The position numbers and the translations under genes were made by a program. The notes beneath the pieces were generated by a model. It saw only the letters and a list, made by a program, of their open reading frames with translations. It made no database searches and was not told the origin of the DNA. A stretch of DNA of 63,287 nt, the filler included, from Kipferlia bialata (taxonomy: Eukaryota), in NCBI GenBank assembly GCA_003568945.1. It is 5 parts of 5 records of this genome, joined end to end, with 100 filler letters (N's around TTAATTAATTAA, not from the genome) between each part and the next. Parts side by side here need not be neighbours in the genome. Positions count along the whole stretch, not along the records: positions 1 to 16,285 come from BDIP01000618.1; positions 16,386 to 32,658 come from BDIP01000619.1; 3 more parts are not named here. The stretch is one strand, 5' to 3'. Of the stretch, positions 13,427 through 25,565 are shown in pieces; position 1 is the first letter of the stretch; every line of letters starts with the position of its first letter.

Positions 13427-14304
13427 ATGCTTGAGTCCATGATACTGTCCAGGGTGCCCACCCGTGCCGAGGCCTCGGACGTGGCCACCGCCATCTACGA
13501 CGGAGCCGACGCCGTGATGCTGTCGGCCGAGACTGCCGTGGGGGTGGACTGTGTCAACGCAGTGGCTACGGTGCGGGCATGTCATACATTCACTCTCTTT
13601 CTCTTCCATGTTCACTCTCCCCCCCTTTGACTCATCCTGCAGATGCGTGATATCGCCAACATGACCGAGAACGATGACTCCGGTCTGTACCAGCAGCTGG
13701 TCCACTCCAACCAGAGTCAGAAGGACATGCACGGGTGCGTGGAGAGAACCCACACCTCCGATGCCGTGTCCGTGGGAGCTGTGTCGCTAGGGAGGGCCAT
13801 ATCTGCCGGGGCCCTGGTGGTGTGCTCCATCAACGGAGGCACTGCCCTTAGGCTCGCCAGACTCAGGCCAGACAGGCCCGTGGTGGTCCTCACAAACAGC
13901 AAGAGGACGGCACGTATGCTTACCCTTGTGTGGGGTGTGTCCGTGCACGTTTACAAGGTGCGGGTGTGTTTCATTGCGGTGCTGTATTCTCTAGATGTGC
14001 ATTGTTGTATTTTCTCCACTCTACAGTGTCTCTGACCCACTAGGGCGAGATTGAGACATGGGACCATATGGTTGCCACTACTGAGACCGCTGTCTGCGGC
14101 TCTGGCATCGTGGCCCCAGGTGAGACTGTGGTCATTGTGGCCAAGGCCCCGTTCGTCCCCCCAGGAGGCGTTGGCAAGAGAAGGGGGGGTTGCAACGCGG
14201 TGTTTGTGCAGAGAATGGCCGGCAGTGCGGCCATGTCCACCGTGTCCTCGGGGGCAGTCACCCCCTCCTTCCCTCCCAAGCTCGGACAGATGCAGCAGTT
14301 CTAG
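13427..14304 (+). CDS. pyk: Pyruvate kinase, 3' fragment (3 exons)
   Basis: [39 protein letters not shown] (PK barrel C-terminus), then alpha/beta domain [12 protein letters not shown]...[11 protein letters not shown] and GETVVIVA...GCNAVFV. The 5' part is missing at the poly-G/T/C join ~13341-13412. Confidence 0.92.
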
Positions 14305-14633
14305 GCGTCGTAGTATTTCGACGTGAAGGATGTAGTGTGTGAGATATAGGGTGTGTGAGAGCCAAGTGCACTTGCCATCCTGGGTGTTGTGTGTATATTA
14401 ACATGTATTTATTCATCTGCATTTATGGCCTTCTGGCAATCGGCAGGTAGAAGTAACATTAGCGAAGCAGGAAGATAGATCCCTGTCATAGTTGGTGATG
14501 GTGTTAATCTGATGTACTGATATGGGGGCAAGGGATACATCCTAGATATAGACCTTGGGAGTCACGAGCTACGTAGTGTTTCCAAACTATGTGGCCGGAC
14601 CCCTACTCGTGACTCTACCTCACACGATGTCTT

Positions 14634-16171
14634 TCACTTTGTCTCTATGGTCATCGTGTAAGAGAGGGAGAGTGTCTCTCCCTCAGCCAGGGTCACCGCA
14701 TTGACAGCCGGGGTGTCGTGACAGAGATTGAAGGCGTCGTTGCAGTTGGTGACTGGCTCGACCGCAAAGTAGGGCTGGGCAGGGGGGCTACAGATGAGGA
14801 GGAGACTCAAGGTGTATATATGTATACCGTGAGACAATAGAGGGACTCCTCTCCCAGTATCAAACTCTGTATCAGAACCACACGTCTTTGACACTGAAAA
14901 CCTGCCCACCTGTAGAGGACCCAGTGCGGTGCCTGGCTCTCAAGGGTGAGGGACATGGCATCTCCGTATGTGATGGCCACCGACACAGTCTCAGCGGAGG
15001 GGTCCCTGATGAAGATGTCATCCACGGTAGAGTCCGTGGGGAAGGTGTGTGCGGTGCCTGGGGTGGGACGAATATGGGTATACGTAGAAAACTATTCTAT
15101 CTACTGCGGGGCCATCCTATCTATTTCATTATACCCCTGGCCCTCACCTGAGAAGTCGAGTGCCTCTGGGATAGGCACAGTCTCTCCCGACCTTGGCAGA
15201 CAGTTGTCAAGCTCGTACACCCCACCGAGGCCTGGGGATTAGTACCGTACACTATATCTCTATATACCACAACATCAGACACGCCGGAAAACAGCACAGT
15301 GCAACGACGCCCCACCTTCCACATGTATCTGTATCATATATACTGACACTGACACCAACTCCCACCATCTATATGTATCTGTACCATATATATATACACA
15401 TATATACTGACCCTTCACCTTCGACCTGTATCATATATATCTGTACCATGTATACCTTCGACCTGTATCTGTGCGCCATGCCCCCTCCACTGTCTGGCGA
15501 AGTAGGGGTGGGTGCCGGTCCCATAGGGCAGGGGAGGGGCAGAGGTGTGGGTGACAGCTGTAGTCACGGTGAGGGTCGTCACCCCGGCTGTAATTGCAAG
15601 CTTGTAAACAACCTGTGGGTGGAAAATGGCAGTGTTCTTGCTTGTAAAATAGAGCAGAGATTGTGCCACTGAACCCATTCTACCGCTGAAGCACCAGAAT
15701 AGTACTGATACTGACAATGTGCTTCCAGTGACCCACCCTGCCGTGGAAGGACCCAGGCCATGAGAGACCCCTCGGCCCATACTTAGTCCCGGCCTGGCAG
15801 GGTGAGAGTGAATGTCACTGCCTCGAGAGTCATAGAGTCAGTGAATCAGCATGAATACTACACCCGTAACTTTGTACTGACACGGGTACTGATACCTTGT
15901 AGTCGGTCTCGAGAACAGTATCAGTATCAGTACCAATATATACAATACATTCATACTGACACTGGTACTGATACCTTGTAGTCGGTCTCGAGAACCAGGG
16001 TGTCCTCTGTCCTGCCAGTCAGGGACCAGGGCATGTGCCTGCCAACCCCTGAGGGGAGCGAGAACGAGTATTGATGTATACAGTGCACAGTCCATACCAT
16101 GCAACGCGTTGTAGTCAGCCTCGCCCAGAGTATACTCAACCCCGTTGGCTGAAAACTTGGCATCCTTTACC
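14634..16171 (-). CDS. Aldose 1-epimerase (galactose mutarotase family), 5' partial
   Basis: RVKDAKFSANGVEYTL...NALHG, PLPYGTGTHPYF (catalytic His), YFAVEPVTNCNDAFN (catalytic Glu), TLAEGETLSLSYTM; interrupted by GT-AG introns. Confidence 0.85.
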
Positions 16172-16285
16172 CTGAGTGTGATAGAGACACACAGAGAAAG
16201 AGAGAGAGGGAGACAAAACACTATAGACCAGTAGGACCAGTATGTGGGGGGGGGGGGGGGGGGGGGCGGGGTGGTGTTGGGGGAG

Positions 16286-16385
16286 NNNNNNNNNNNNNNN
16301 NNNNNNNNNNNNNNNNNNNNNNNNNNNNNTTAATTAATTAANNNNNNNNNNNNNNNNNNNNNNNNNNNNNNNNNNNNNNNNNNNN
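16286..16385. other. Artificial scaffold-concatenation linker N44-TTAATTAATTAA-N44
   Basis: 100-nt spacer with stops in all six frames; identical structure four times in the window. Confidence 0.97.
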
Positions 16386-16446
16386 TAATAACATAAGTTA
16401 ATAACATAATAATAACATAACAAAATAACTAATAACACCTGCTATT

Positions 16447-19180
16447 ACCTGAGCCCCTTGGGAAGAGGTGCCCAGGGTATGCGTCTGGCACACAGCCCCA
16501 CACCTCCCACTCACCGGATATGGTGTTGTAGGCAACGCAGTGGGAGATCTCCTGGATTGAGATGGACATGGTACTAAGTCAGTTATGCACTGTACATGTA
16601 TAGGCAGACACAAAGAAATTTTCTCTGCTGTGGAACTGCAGTATTCTTGCATGAGTAATGCACTCATTGTATATACCAGTCCTACCTCCTTCAAGTCAAA
16701 CTCTGTCAGACACACATGGGTGAACATGACATGACGCCCTATGGGAATCATCCTGTGGTCAAAGCAATGCGCCTTACTGAGGGATCATGCCAGTGTTTCT
16801 AAAGGGGTAGCAACACGTATGACCCCCACCTGTTGTCCCCGTGGTTGTCTGGCCTGTGGAAGGGTCTCCGCCCACACTCCTCCCACCCACCCCGGGGTGT
16901 GTATGCATAGAGGTGGGTGAGGGTGAGGACATAGAGGGTGTCTGCACACACACACGCCATGGAGACCTAGGGGTCAGGCTATACTCAGCATCATATAGTC
17001 TATATGCAATATGTTAAAGGGGCCATGAATGCATTGCATAGTGTATACACACAATGTATAGTATACATTGTATACCCAACGCACCTTGAGTCCAGGGGGT
17101 GTGGCAGCAGGGACCAGGCCTAGCTCTTGGGCCTGGGGGTGAGGCTACATATACACCAGGTATGTATGGGTCAGAGCATCGGCGCAACCTCTCACAAAGC
17201 CCCATAGAACTTCTAGGGCATAGAATTGACATGCAGGTATCTGAGATTCAAACGGTTCTCATACCATAGACATGTCTAGTCAGAGTATACGAGGAATGAT
17301 GATATATGTGGTACTTCTCTTGCCTCTGGGTCAAAGCGCCACATCCACTGGTCAGCATCACCGATCTGCCTGGGGATAAGATGGAAGGCTCTCAGTCATA
17401 TATCGATAGAACCAATATGAGTTAAAGTCTAACACACAAGGTGGACGTCTGTCTGGCATAGCCACATATCGCCATACTATTACCTACAACTATGGAGTTT
17501 ACTATTTCCCCCTTACCGTAGGATACGCATATAGTATATGTGACATATAGTATATGTGACATATACGCAGTCATTGGGGCTGCAAATATCCTATATCACA
17601 TTTCTATACAGCTATATGCAGACAGACAACTAGGGCTTCAAGAACATATAATTATACGTATCCTATCGTAGCATAGTGTTGTCTGAGATATCGTACACAT
17701 GACCAAACACACTTACCCTAGGACATAGAGACAGTCGTCGAGTCCCTCACACACACCGCTTTGTATACCCCGAAACTGATCCTGCAGGGCTGGGATGGGA
17801 CAGGGCAGCTGGGGTGAGTATATACATATATACATGTATATGGAGTATATATGTATATGTATATGGGAAAGGGCAGCTGGGGTGAGTATATACATATATA
17901 TATATAGTATGGTGTATATATATTTATGTATATATACATATATATGGGAGTAAGAGAGAGCAGCTGGGGAGCATTAATAATGCTGCATTATCATAGAGTC
18001 AAATACATATAACGGAAGAGGATGAACAAGTGACGTACCGAAAGCCACAGCGTATTCCAGTACCGCCGTGAGTCTCTGTCTCCTCTGTACATGTCAAGAG
18101 GGGCCATGGCAATGCGTCTGGGGTGGGTGATCTTGTGTCCATGGATAGTGACACTTCTAAAGTGTATACCGCATGTAATTAGTGTGTATGACGTAATGTA
18201 GTCAGTGGATAGTTTAGTACTATTATAATATTCCGTACTCTCTACAATGTATTACAGACCTGCCGTTGATGTACTGATATACCATGCCCCCTATGCATGC
18301 ACTGGGTGTGGGGTACAGAACATCCTTGGTCTCTCTCGTCATAACAGAGTCGTCCTGCGAAATGAGGGTCTCAATGGCATACATACCAAAGCCCTAGAGA
18401 GAAAGAGAAAGAGGGAGATTTGCGCTAGCTACATGCATGTCCTGTTACAGATATGATTTTGCACTATAATGCACTACAATATATAGAGCCTATATACCTG
18501 CATATCCTCTCTTTCAGAGAGGACTGTATCTCCATCCAGTGTGTACATCATGTTGTCTGGGGTCAGTATACAACTTCTACACATAATACTAGGTGTTACA
18601 TAGGGCATATAAGTATTGTACACAATCCACCGGGTAAGCAGTGCATACCGAGGCAGAATATATAACGCCTCGGTCTACTAGTATTCTCATATATGTCTGC
18701 ATATTCTAATATATATATTTGTATGTCTGTGTGTACTTACATCCAGGTCCATATCGCCCCTGGCTCCTCATCAGAATGGTCTCGCTCCCGACTGGGATGT
18801 CGAGGGAGCGGGCCTGCATCATCTGGGTCTGCAGCATAAGATAGAGTTAGACATATACACTTCTGAGTATCATATGCTTCATATTCTTATAGATGCTGGT
18901 ACTTTGCCTGCCCCTTCGTTTCTTCTCTTGTTAGGAAGGTGTCAATATCAGTGACAGCATCATACCTGCATCACTATAATCGTGGATATCTACAATATAA
19001 CAAATGCATTAGAAGTGAAGTACTTTCTACTTTGTGCCTATTAGCTAAGAGATTGTACTGAATCATGTATGCACAAATATATCTTTACTTTGTGTACAGT
19101 ACCTCTCCTTTTGTGTCTTCCACTTTGAAGAAGGGGGGTACAGGCTCAATGATTCGAACACAGTTCTCAGTGGAGTCTGG
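16447..19180 (-). CDS. Hypothetical multi-exon gene (unresolved)
   Basis: Repeated minus-strand acceptor/donor-bounded GC-richer islands (e.g. 17716-17809, 18740-18830); product not recognised. Confidence 0.4.
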
Positions 19181-19775
19181 GTGGTGAGAGGAGGGATACT
19201 GTTGGAAAGGAGAGGGTGAGACGGGTGGAAACGTCTGTATCAGTATGAATAGAAGGAGTGATAGGTCTACAATGTAATTTTGTCATAGATACACACATAA
19301 GCAAGTATGTATTCCTCTTTTACTTGTGTATACTCCTGACAGCCTTCCCACCATACTTTGAAAACAAACCAAGGCAGAGCAGTATAGAACTTGGAGTATT
19401 TCCACCTGTGTAGATCTCTTCAAGATGCTCTAGAGACATTTGGAGAAATTCTCTCTGGAGTGAGTGAAGGTGAGTGAGAGAATTTTCAAGGTCGCACAAG
19501 AGAGAATGAGGACAATCATTTGGCAATTATGTATTCTATCACTGTGTGATGGCCCGGAGGGGGGAGAAGGGGAGGGGGGGGGGGGGGGGGGGGGGCAGGT
19601 GCTATACATACATATTGAGCGAGTACATCCCCGGCATGAAGAGTACTATCAGTGATACTTGGGGGCGGGGGGGGGGGGAGCAGCTTGCTGTCCTTGTAAT
19701 TATGTACGGAAAGCATACAACAAGTAGGAAGTAGGTAGAAGTCAGTATATGCATACGTATCCTACTACTATACCT

Positions 19776-20160
19776 CAATGTCACTGGGCAGCAGCAGCTT
19801 GCTGTCCTTGTTGATGATGCTGTCGAACTGGGGGCCAGAGATCTCCCTGCCATTGACCTGGAAGGCCTAGGGGTAAGGTATATATAGGGATAGGCAAAGA
19901 TAGAGGGAGTCGACTGGTTAAGGGCATCAAGGAAAATTGGGGGGGGGGGCGTTAATGAATACAATATAACATATATATATACATGGCAAGGTGTGTGGTG
20001 GCAACTGTGGGGACATGGAGGTGGAGAGGACCAAACGAGACAAAGAGTCGCAACGTCGGTATCATCATTTATGCATTGAATACCATCACATCTATATTCC
20101 GATTCTCACACAGCAGGGTTACCTTGGCCAGGGGTCGAAGCACGCCAGTGGTCACAGAAC
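19776..20160 (-). CDS. Hypothetical gene fragment
   Basis: Exon AFQVNGREISGPQFDSIINKDSKLLLPSDIE (~19776-19867) bounded by AG/GT, plus an upstream exon ~20121-20160. Confidence 0.35.
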
Positions 20161-20557
20161 TCAGCATTGTAGTATGTTAGAAGAGGGAGGGGTTACGTGA
20201 GACAGCCAAGAATAGAAATGATCCAGCTGTCAGATCTAACGGCTCTCATTGAGCACCGTTCTCTCATTGTCGTGTCGGAACGGCGTCGGAATACCCCAAT
20301 CCCAAGTGAATGTTACATCAAGTTAGGCCTACGACATTATGTGCAATGTAGCGTTGTTTGGTACCCGCTGAGCCCTCAAGCTCTTAGAGTTACCTTAGAG
20401 TTGTGACATACACCTCGAGAAATATCGATACGGTTTCTCAAGATCATTCTGGAACACTTCTGACATAAGGGTTCAGGTTCGAAGAAACCAAAAATGAGGT
20501 GCCGCCAGTGTTGGCTCGCATTGCTTTAAGGAGAGAAGTGGACTTAGTCTCCTCGAA

Positions 20558-20931
20558 ATGAACGACGATGTGCAGGAGAAGAAGAAGTGAGTCCGGTATA
20601 TATCTCATACGCAGTGTTACCTATCCCCATGTTCTGGAAGTCTGTACTTGATGTCATATTGGAGTAGCATCTCTCCCCCTATTACATTGATGCTTGCTGT
20701 CATTCACCCCAGGGTGACATTCCGGTCCTACCGGCCGTATGACCCTGAGATGCGTGATCTGATGCTCCCCCTCCCACCTAGGTGTGTGGCATACCGAACT
20801 GATGTGTGGTGTGGTATATAACCCCCCGCGAACACACACATATATATACTCTCTGGTTGTGTTTTGGTCTCCCTCTTACAACAGGGAGAACGTGGCTGCC
20901 GCCGTAGAGTCTGCTGTGGAGGACTGGAAGG
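20558..20931 (+). CDS. 5' part of a small protein, possibly Cwf18/CCDC12-like splicing factor
   Basis: Stitched MNDDVQEKKKVTFRSYRPYDPEM...ENVAAAVESAVEDWK; the FRSYRP.D motif resembles the Cwf18/CCDC12 L.FRNY.P.D motif. Weak; cut near the poly-C run at ~21092. Confidence 0.35.
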
Positions 20932-21091
20932 GTGAGTGGTACTGATTCGTATTCAATTGAGATGGATATGATGATTATTGTGCTTGTATTTCTTGCTTGA
21001 ATACGTAGCTCTATTGACGCAGCTCTCTATTTCTGATTGTCTGACGTACAGCGGACCATATTTTAGTATATCATCCATCGTTTCCCTCTGT

Positions 21092-21131
<40 letters not shown>

Positions 21132-21228
21132 CCCCCCCCCCCCCCTCCCCCCCCCCCCCCCCCCCCCCCTCTCCCTCCCATCAAAATCCTCTATTATTGA
21201 GGATGCTTCTATATGTACTAACCCCAGG

Positions 21229-22210
21229 CTGACTTGTGTCTGTTTGTTGCTCACTCTGTCTCCTCCCTATCCCTGTTTGTCCAGACACGTCGCAAGTACC
21301 CCCAGACCAGGATGGTCCTGGTGTCCAGGGCAGGTAGTGTATTTGTGGGTATTGCATATGATATTAGTGTACACGTACCCTCAGTTCCCCCCCACCCTCA
21401 TTTTGCCCTCTGCCCTTTGCCGAAAGTAGTTTCTCTCTCTCTCCACCTCTCACCCCTAGGTCTCCCCTTCTCCCCCTCTGCCGATGCCATCCAGGTCTCT
21501 CTCTCTCTCTCTCTCTTGATATATATATATATATGCCTAATACCCAGGTCTCCCCTTCTCACCTTCTGCCGATGCCATCCGGGCGAGTGGCACTGCCATG
21601 GTATCTGCCCACACCCCCTCTGGTACAGGGCAGGGGAGGGAGAGAGAGGTGTTGTTGGACCAGGGCATCAAGGACGGGATGAGGCTCAGAAGCAACGCAT
21701 TCTCATTCCTCGGCCACCTCCTAGGTATACATTTCTTGTCAATGTGTATATTTGTCATATATATATATATATATATGTATATGCTATTAATACTGACCCC
21801 AAGGTCTTGTATGCAGTGGCATATGTGGCCCCAGTGGTAGTAGGTCCAAGAAGGATGACCCCGACGGTGGGCCAGGCCTGGACCTCGAGGCACAGGTGGT
21901 GGAGAGTGTGCAGGGGGGGGTATCTTCCTCCAGACCCTCCAAACCCAGTCGCAAGGGCAAGGGACGCAAGGGCCACTCCCTGCCTCGTTCTGCCGGTACC
22001 CACAGTGTGTACAGACTGGTATCATCTGCAGAGGGCACTGACGATGCCGCACCTGCCGTGTGGGTGGTAGGGGCAGACACTGGCATGGAGGACATGGGGG
22101 ATATGGGGGTGGCTGTGCCTGGGGAGGCCCCCCCTCCTGCCTCTGGGTCCCACTGGGGTGGCAGTGCAGAGCCAGTCGCAGAGGCAATGGGGCTGGTATA
22201 CGATATGTAG
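21229..22210 (+). CDS. Hypothetical protein, 3' part
   Basis: Exons 21229-21332, ~21548-21724 and a terminal low-complexity exon ending ...AEAMGLVYDM* (22210). Confidence 0.45.
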
Positions 22211-22423
22211 AGATAGATATGTAGGAGATCAATAATAATAGAACCACTTCCTGGTTGAGTACAATTATGCCTGAAACTCATTTCACAACTCTGTTTGATT
22301 CATTAGATTAAGTCTCCGAAGAATTCTCCGAATATCCTACTCTGTGCCAGAAAGTCGTCCATTCCCTGTCACACACTCTCTTCGTCTGTCGTATTCCACT
22401 CCAACAGTAATTACCTGCCAGAG

Positions 22424-25124
22424 ATGACAGACAGACTACAGGTATGTGGTATCAAGGAGTCATATGGTGCTTTTTAACGCAATGGGCAAGCGTTATCTTG
22501 TCTCTATTCTTCAACTGTTTGTATTGCCCTCTATAGACTACCCTGCAGCTCTATACCTCCCTCTAGCTATGTTCTCCGCTTCAACTGAACTAGTAATTAT
22601 CCTGCTGACAGTGCATCTACTTGCAGGGTTGTGTTGGTTCTTGTTTGATACTACTCTTGTCGTTGTATATGTGTTGTCATATGTCCTTCACACCCTCACC
22701 CCAGGAGCTTCACGAGGCTTCGGAGTCGTCCTTTGGATCCCCAGGGTCCTTTTCGTACACCAAGCATGTCTCTGGCAGTGGCACCCACCCCTGCATGGCC
22801 TTACCAATCGATAGCATGGTGGAGGAGAGTGAGACGAGCAGTGAGGGCACAGCTGCCATAGACGGGGTCACATACCTGCATGACGAGGCAGAGGTGGGTG
22901 GATGTGTACTTTGTATATATATTCTCTGATACATGATGTCCCTGTACCCCCCCCCCCCACACACACACTCAGACACAAACATACCCTCACCTCTTTCTCC
23001 CTGACCCTACAGTCCTCTACTTCTGATAGACACTAGACTGTAGACCCCTTCTCTTTCTCCTCAATATATGTATCCTCATCCTCACCCCAGGCCCTTCTGA
23101 TCAAGGCCAAGACCGGCCTTGTTGCCATCTATGAGAGCCAGGGTGTCATGGAGGAGTGCATCGGGGTGGCAGACAGCCACGCAGCATACGCCAAGCATGC
23201 AGAGCACGTCGGTGGTACGTACAAATCTCTCTCTCTCTCTCTCTTTGTTGCACTGTGTACATTTACATTGCTTCTCCCTGACCCCCAGGAGTGCGTAGTG
23301 CCCTCCGAGAGTGTATGACTGTCCTACAGACACTCAGGTTGGTCTCACTCTATATCTTTGACATATCCCCCCTCCCCCACACGCACAAGTAGTAATCATT
23401 CAATCACTGCTACCAACGCAGTACAGTAGATTATCTCTCTCACTCCCTCTCACCCTAGGGACAACATCAATGCCACTGTCGAGGATGGGGAGATTGTCAA
23501 TGGCAAGCCAGTCAAGGGGGAGAGGGAGATCCGCACCAGTGGCTCCCTCATCAACATTGCCATGCACGCTGGAAACAAGGTGGGTCTCACTAACACACAC
23601 TAATATACTATATACTATATACAATGTACTATACACTATATAGTATATATTGTATACTAACCCCAGATGGTCATTGCCACCAAGGTCAAGAAGCACAGGG
23701 CACACAGAGCAGGGGAGCAGGGAGAGGCAGAGGCAGAGGCAGAGGGGCAGGAGGCTGACACACCTGCTGAGACTGAGGCAGGTGAAGACGGCGAGGGAGA
23801 GGGAGGCAATGGGATCCCCAACTTCTCCTCGGCTGCCCTACCCCCCAAGCCACCCCTTCCTTCCTCTAGCAACCTAGCCACTCCTACCCCTGCCCCCTCC
23901 CCTGCCTCCCCTGGCAATGCCCAGCAGGCAGAGCCCGTTGAGATCACCCCCACCCAGAGGATGTGTGTCGCGGCATACAGAGAGCTGCTGGTCAGGTGTG
24001 TTCCCTTCACTCTCTCTCTCTATCCCCCCTCTCCCGGTATATATATGTATATATACAGTGTATAGTAAAGTTCTCTCACGTATAGGTTCAACGACACCCT
24101 AGCTGAGTTCATGGTGTCCCAGAGTGCTGTCAGAAGCAGGATGAGGGATACTAGCCAGAGGCTCATGGACGTCGTCACAGCATCGCCAGGTATATACTCA
24201 TACAGAAGTATATATACAGTGTATATCACCCACTCACCCTTCAGGCTCCTGCCATGATCTGGTCTCCACCCCCAACTTCACCAGTGCCCTTATTGATAAT
24301 GGGGCACACGACACAGAGGCAGGAGAGGAACAAGGTATGGTGATGAAAATAGCGTCTGTGTATACCCAACAATGATACATATACACATAGATATCCTCCT
24401 CACCCCCCTCATACATATATATACTAATGATATATATGAATGTCTTCCTACCCCCCAGGTGACATGGAGAAGGGCACCTTCCTTGCACCTGTCAGAAGGA
24501 GGATGCTCACACACGGGGACCTTGAGTTTGCAGTCTCCACACAGAGGTATTTATATAATACACTTACATCCCTACATAGCGGTTACGTGTGTGTCAACTA
24601 TATTGTGCCCCTCACCCCAGAGCCGGCCAGGTCCACCACATGTGCGACAGCATCACCGAGCTGTACCATCTGGCATGTGACGCCAACCTGCTACTCGATG
24701 ACCAGGTACCACCATATAGTAGTGTGTCAATTGTGTGTTATGTCTCAGTGTAAAGAGTATAGTGTCGTATATCGTGTAGCACTGACGCCCAGGAGGACAA
24801 GCTCTCCTACATCGTGGACAAGGTCGAGGCGTCCAGAGCAGACCTCAGACAGGCTGCACTCGATGTGGAGGGCACCTGGCAGCACAGGTACGTCTCTCAT
24901 TATTTCTACACGTTGTGTAAGTATTGCTATTGACCCCAGGCGCCGTGCCCGTGGGTGCTGTGTCAAGTGGGGCATCTGCTGCACCTTCTGTCTCATCATC
25001 ACCATCCTGCTCATGCTCGTGGCAGCGGCTGTCGGCAGGAGCTTCATAGGTGAGATACATATGAAGAGAGATTTGTTGATAGTCATTATTTCACTGTTAG
25101 TATGTCTCTGACCCAGGCATGTAA
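22424..25124 (+). CDS. Syntaxin (Qa-SNARE)
   Basis: N-peptide MTDRLQEL; C-terminal SNARE helix ITELYHLACDANLLLDDQEDKLSYIVDKVEASRADLRQAA with zero-layer Q; basic RRAR then a Cys-rich tail-anchor TM (CCVKWGICCTFCLIITILLMLVAAAV) and stop. Confidence 0.8.
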
Positions 25125-25565
25125 GGTGCACCTCACCACATTGCCCCTGTTCCTATGCTGTGTCCTGCAGCCCCCCTTTTCCCAGCTATCCCACTCGCCC
25201 TGTCCCTTTTGAAGGGCCTTCACCTACTGTTTCCATGTTTCATATCCCATTCAAGTTCCGATGACCTCGTGACTTGTGTATACGTCATTGTATTATACCA
25301 TATTGTGTGTCTTCCATTAAGGAGCCTGACATTGTCTCCACTGTCAAATAGACATACACACCCATTCTTCTCTGGTGTACTCGGGCTCAGATATCTACAG
25401 TATTTACCTTGGAAGAGTTTGTCGTTCTCTCAACGACATCTCTCAATCATTCACAGGTTGTGAATCACAACTCTTTTGTTTTGTCTATTTGAATCCTCCT
25501 GCGTCGCTGTCATGTCACCCTCAGACATCTCACTGAGGCACGTCTTCAGTATATCTCTTTCTCTC

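Noticed and set aside
21092..21170. Poly-Pro/poly-Gly ORFs and possible G-quadruplexes at long C/G runs
   Set aside because: The runs coincide with scaffold ends or gene discontinuities and look like low-quality read tails.
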